NCBI GenBank assembly: GCA_965207475.1
Contig: OZ242278.1
Coordinates: forward strand, 1,589,935 to 1,653,934
DNA length: 64,000 nt
Source: Gammaproteobacteria bacterium
GTDB lineage: Bacteria > Pseudomonadota > Gammaproteobacteria > UBA4575
Direction of reading: 5' to 3'
The position numbers and the translations under genes were made by a program. Positions 59,926-64,000 of the stretch are shown here, one piece after another. The notes below the pieces were generated by a model that saw nothing but the letters and a program-made list of their open reading frames with translations, made no database searches and was not told the DNA's origin. The number at the start of each line of letters is the position of its first letter. The stretch's first letter is position 1.

Positions 59926-61041
59926 ATGACACCTATTCTGAAGACAACGACGTTGCACGACCTGCATGTAAAACAGGGTGCGAGGTTCGTGAACTTTGCA
60001 GGTTATGAAATGCCTTTGCAGTACCGCAGGGGCATCCGGGAAGAACATCTGCATACGCGCAGTCATGCAGGCTTGTTTGATGTTTCGCATATGGGTCAGA
60101 TTCGCCTGTCCGGTGAAAATATCGAGACCGCTATGGAAAGACTGGCAACCGGTGACATCTGTGGCCTGGAGCCATTCAGGCAGTGCTATACCTTGCTTAC
60201 CAACCAGCAAGGCGGAATCATTGACGATCTGATCCTGACCAGGACGCCGGACAGCCTTTTGATCGTTGTCAATGCAGCCTGTCGGGAATCGGATTTCAGT
60301 TACCTGAGGGCCACCTTGGGACCACGGTATCAGGTGGAAATGCTACGCGACCGTTCTTTGCTTGCCTTGCAGGGGCCGAGGGCGGCCGGCATATTGAGCT
60401 GTCTGCATTCCGAATGCGAAAAGCTGCCCTTTTTCGCAGCCTGCGAGATCGAGCTTGACGGGGTAGACTGCTGGGTCAGCCGCTGCGGTTACACGGGCGA
60501 AGATGGTTTTGAAATTTCAGTTCCGTCCGAACAAGCTGGCCATCTGGTCGAATTGTTGCTGGAAGACCATGCCGTGGAACTTGTCGGATTGGGTGCAAGG
60601 GATTCATTGCGCCTGGAAGCGGGTTTGTGTCTTTATGGCCATGACATCAATGCCACAACCACTCCGGTGGAAGCAGATTTGTGCCAGGTGATTGCCCGGA
60701 AATACCGTGACGGCACGGTACAGCAGGCACTGTTTCCGGGGGCCGACGAGATCTTCAGGCAGATGAACACCGGGGTTGAGCAAATCAGGCGTGGTTTCCG
60801 GATACAAGGTAGAATTCCCGTGCGGGAAGGTGCTGTCATACTGGATGCGCAAAAACGGGCAGTTGGCAGGATTACCAGCGGTGGATTTGGTCCCAGCGTC
60901 GGTCATCCCATTGCCATGGGGTATGTCGATATGGATTGTGCTGAACCAGACACCGTGCTGCAAGTAGAAATACGCCAAAGATTTCATGCTGTCCACGTGA
61001 CCGAGTTGCCGTTTGTAAAGCCCCATTATTTTCGAAAATGA
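59926..61041 (+). CDS. gcvT: Glycine cleavage system aminomethyltransferase T
   Basis: The 371-aa protein is canonical GcvT. Confidence 0.9.
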   Translation: MTPILKTTTLHDLHVKQGARFVNFAGYEMPLQYRRGIREEHLHTRSHAGLFDVSHMGQIRLSGENIETAMERLATGDICGLEPFRQCYTLLTNQQGGIIDDLILTRTPDSLLIVVNAACRESDFSYLRATLGPRYQVEMLRDRSLLALQGPRAAGILSCLHSECEKLPFFAACEIELDGVDCWVSRCGYTGEDGFEISVPSEQAGHLVELLLEDHAVELVGLGARDSLRLEAGLCLYGHDINATTTPVEADLCQVIARKYRDGTVQQALFPGADEIFRQMNTGVEQIRRGFRIQGRIPVREGAVILDAQKRAVGRITSGGFGPSVGHPIAMGYVDMDCAEPDTVLQVEIRQRFHAVHVTELPFVKPHYFRK

Positions 61042-63929
61042 GCGTGCTGGAACAACTTGAAATGCGCGGTGGCTTCACGCATCGCCACATCGGCGTGGGC
61101 AGAGACCAGATCCACGAGATGCTGTCCTACCTGGGTGTAAATGAGCTGGAAGACATCGTCAGCAAGGCCGTACCCGAATCCATCATTTCAAAGCAGCCTC
61201 TCTCCCTGTCCAAAACCATCAGTGAACGCGAAGTGAGCGATCGCTTGCGCAGGATGCGCAGAAGAAATCGTGTATTGACCTCCATGATTGGCATGGGCTA
61301 TCACGACACCATCATGCCTGCAGTCATCAAGCGCAATGTGCTGGAGAATCCGGCATGGTACACCGCCTACACACCCTATCAGGCTGAAATCAGTCAGGGC
61401 AGGCTGGAGGCATTGTTGAATTTCCAGCAGATGATCACAGATTTAACCGGGATGGACATTGCCAATGCTTCCCTGCTGGATGAGTCCACGGCCGCGGCGG
61501 AAGGCATGAGCATGGCAAAACGAGTGGGCGGGAAAGACAGCCGGCAGTATTTCGTTGATCATGATTGTCATCCGCAGACCATTTCGGTCGTGCAGACGCG
61601 GGCACGCCACTTTGGTTTCGAAACCATCGTCGGGGACCCGTTTACCGAGCTCGAGGACAAGGATGTATTCGGTGTACTGCTTCAGCATCCAGGCAGCAGC
61701 GGAGACGTGAGAGATTTACGCAAACCGATCGAAATGGCGCATCAACAGGCGGCCATCGTTACCGTTGCTGCAGATATCCTTGCCCTGGTACTGCTGACCC
61801 CGCCCGGAGAAATGGGGGCGGATATTGTAGTGGGCAACTCACAGCGTTTTGGTGTGCCGATGGGTTACGGTGGGCCCCATGCCGCCTATTTTGCTTCCAG
61901 GGAAAAGTATATCCGGTCCATGCCCGGTCGCATCATCGGTGTATCCCTTGACAACCATGGTGACAAGGCGTTGCGAATGGCACTGCAAACCCGCGAACAG
62001 CACATACGTCGGGAGAGGGCTACCAGCAATATCTGCACCTCGCAGGTGTTGCCTGCAGTGATTGCAGGCTTTTATGCGATCTACTATGGGCCCAGGGAGC
62101 TGCGCCTGATCGCACAGAGGGTGCATCGACTGGCACAGGTGATGGTCGCCGGTCTGGAACAGCTGGGAGTCAGGGCAGTGAACGAGCAATACTTTGATAC
62201 GGTGAAGCTCAGGGTGCCCAGTCGTGCCCGGCGCATCGCAGCAAAGGCGAGAGAAGCAAGGATCAACTTTCGAGTTTACGATGCGGATTATCTCGGCATC
62301 GCACTGGACGAGACTACGACGCGTGAGAACCTGCTGGCTGTATGGAAGGTTTTCGCGTCTGCTGCAGGGCGAAGGCTGGATATCGACGCGCTGGATGCCA
62401 CGGTGCAGGAATGCATTCCTGATGGACTGTTGCGCACCTCGTCAATACTGCAGCATCCGGTCTTCGAGTTATATCATAGTGAAACCGAGATGATGCGCTA
62501 CATGCGCTGGCTCGCGCGCCGTGACATGGCGCTGGACCGTACGATGATCCCGCTGGGCTCCTGCACCATGAAGCTGAATGCTGCTACGGAACTTGAGGCA
62601 CTGTCTTACCGGGATTTCAACGCCATTCATCCCTTCGTTGCGCTCGATCAGGCACAGGGTTACATGCAATTGTTCGAGGAACTCGAAGACATGCTGTGTG
62701 ACCTCACCGGATTTGATGCTTTTTCCTTGCAGCCGAATGCCGGTTCGCAGGGTGAGTACACGGGCCTGTTGGTGATCCGCAAGTATCATGAAGTGCAGGG
62801 TCAGGGACAGCGAAACGTCTGCCTGATCCCGGCGTCTGCTCACGGCACCAACCCTGCCAGTGCTGTCATGGCAGGTCTTGAGGTTGTCGTGATTGCCTGT
62901 GACAGGGACGGCAATGTTGACATGAGCGACCTGCAGGCCAAGGTAGAGCGGCATTCGCAGCATCTGTCAGCACTCATGATTACCTACCCATCCACGCACG
63001 GGGTCTATGAGCCAGGCTTCCAGGACATCTGTTCCCTGGTACATGATCACGGAGGTCAGGTATACCTGGACGGCGCGAACATGAATGCACTGGTGGGCAT
63101 TGCCCGCCCTGCAGAAATGGGTGCCGATGTGATGCATATCAACTTGCATAAGACTTTTGCCATTCCGCACGGTGGTGGAGGGCCTGGTATGGGGCCCATC
63201 GGCGTGAAGGTACATCTTGCGCCTTTCCTCCCCGGGCATCCCCTGGTGGAAGGTGTAAATCCGGCTGCTGGCCAGAAAGGCACTGTAGGCACCGTGTCTG
63301 CCGCCCCCTGGGGTTCTGCGAGCATACTGACGATATCGTGGGCATATATCGCGATGATGGGGGCGGACGGCTTGCGGCGCGCGACGCTGGTGGCCATCCT
63401 CAACGCCAACTACATTGCTGCGCGTTTGCGGGAACACTACCCGGTTTTATACACCGGCAGGAACGGAATGGTTGCGCATGAATGCATTCTCGACCTGCGA
63501 CCCATCAAGCAGCGCAGCAACATCACCGTGGATGACATTGCCAAACGACTGGTGGACTACGGCTTTCATGCGCCCACCATGTCTTTCCCGGTTGCAGACA
63601 CGCTGATGATTGAGCCGACAGAAAGTGAAAACAAGCGGGAACTGGACCGGTTCTGTGACGCCATGATATCTATCCGCAAGGAAATCGAACGGGTCGAACA
63701 GGGCGAGTCAGACCGGGAAAACAATCCCTTGAAGAATGCGCCCCACACCCATCGCCTGCTCCTGGAGCCCGAATGGAAGATGCCTTACAGCAAACAGGAG
63801 GCGTTCTATCCCCTGCATACGATCAGGGACGACAAGTACTGGCCGCCGGTGGGCAGGGTGGACAACCTGCATGGGGACAGGAATTTGTTTTGCAGCTGTC
63901 CGCCGATTGAAGACTATTCGGAGGCTTGA
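61038..63929 (+). CDS. gcvP: Glycine dehydrogenase (decarboxylating) P protein
   Basis: The 963-aa protein has tandem PLP-dependent halves. Its start overlaps the gcvT stop. Confidence 0.95.
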   Translation: MSVLEQLEMRGGFTHRHIGVGRDQIHEMLSYLGVNELEDIVSKAVPESIISKQPLSLSKTISEREVSDRLRRMRRRNRVLTSMIGMGYHDTIMPAVIKRNVLENPAWYTAYTPYQAEISQGRLEALLNFQQMITDLTGMDIANASLLDESTAAAEGMSMAKRVGGKDSRQYFVDHDCHPQTISVVQTRARHFGFETIVGDPFTELEDKDVFGVLLQHPGSSGDVRDLRKPIEMAHQQAAIVTVAADILALVLLTPPGEMGADIVVGNSQRFGVPMGYGGPHAAYFASREKYIRSMPGRIIGVSLDNHGDKALRMALQTREQHIRRERATSNICTSQVLPAVIAGFYAIYYGPRELRLIAQRVHRLAQVMVAGLEQLGVRAVNEQYFDTVKLRVPSRARRIAAKAREARINFRVYDADYLGIALDETTTRENLLAVWKVFASAAGRRLDIDALDATVQECIPDGLLRTSSILQHPVFELYHSETEMMRYMRWLARRDMALDRTMIPLGSCTMKLNAATELEALSYRDFNAIHPFVALDQAQGYMQLFEELEDMLCDLTGFDAFSLQPNAGSQGEYTGLLVIRKYHEVQGQGQRNVCLIPASAHGTNPASAVMAGLEVVVIACDRDGNVDMSDLQAKVERHSQHLSALMITYPSTHGVYEPGFQDICSLVHDHGGQVYLDGANMNALVGIARPAEMGADVMHINLHKTFAIPHGGGGPGMGPIGVKVHLAPFLPGHPLVEGVNPAAGQKGTVGTVSAAPWGSASILTISWAYIAMMGADGLRRATLVAILNANYIAARLREHYPVLYTGRNGMVAHECILDLRPIKQRSNITVDDIAKRLVDYGFHAPTMSFPVADTLMIEPTESENKRELDRFCDAMISIRKEIERVEQGESDRENNPLKNAPHTHRLLLEPEWKMPYSKQEAFYPLHTIRDDKYWPPVGRVDNLHGDRNLFCSCPPIEDYSEA

Positions 63930-64000
63930 TCACTTGCCTGGCCGCACTCGAGACTACGCAGCCTTGGGCCTGGTCGGAACTCTGAAATAGATCTTGAGAG

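Overview
This is a high-GC chromosomal window from a proteobacterium; the gene content and synteny look gammaproteobacterial. Most of it is housekeeping: an RND efflux pump, djlA, gshA, ampD, groESL behind a perfect CIRCE element, fxsA, cutA-dsbD, aroQ-accBC, fis, purHD, cca, uppP, fpr and gcvTP. Two accessory regions stand out.

(A) 8.5-13.6 kb is a selenium-utilisation locus. It has an EgtB-like DinB/FGE sulfoxide-synthase homolog and a family-1 glycosyltransferase, read as a senA/senB-like selenoneine pair. It also has a pyridine-nucleotide-disulfide-oxidoreductase::SelD fusion carrying a CGGCGAK active-site loop. A radical SAM/Cys-rich (ArsS-like) gene with an FAD oxidoreductase lies at the window start.

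(B) About 38.0-59.8 kb is a RiPP-like island that opens with an anomalously AT-rich stretch. It contains:
- an NHLP-leader precursor whose predicted core is only five residues (LCCCW), with a perfect 8-1-8 palindrome over its promoter;
- a PatD/TruD-like fused E1-like/YcaO cyclodehydratase, with no recognisable azoline dehydrogenase nearby;
- an 815-aa fusion of an AlkB-type membrane di-iron oxygenase to a GlnE/GlnD-like nucleotidyltransferase domain, an architecture I do not recognise;
- an MMPL/RND exporter whose LolA-like and outer-membrane partners sit on the far side of the block;
- a 433-aa protein carrying an NHLP-leader-like N-terminus fused to an alpha/alpha-toroid repeat domain;
- a 352-aa unknown protein;
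- the two-ABC plus HlyD-like NHLP export module;
- a flavin-dependent tryptophan halogenase disrupted by a single frameshift, next to a cluster whose core ends in Trp.

Smaller items: a non-flagellar MotA/MotB-like pair with long coiled coils sits between the RND pump and djlA, and an orphan intrinsic terminator lies in a convergent intergenic region. No rRNA, tRNA, CRISPR array or transposase was seen.
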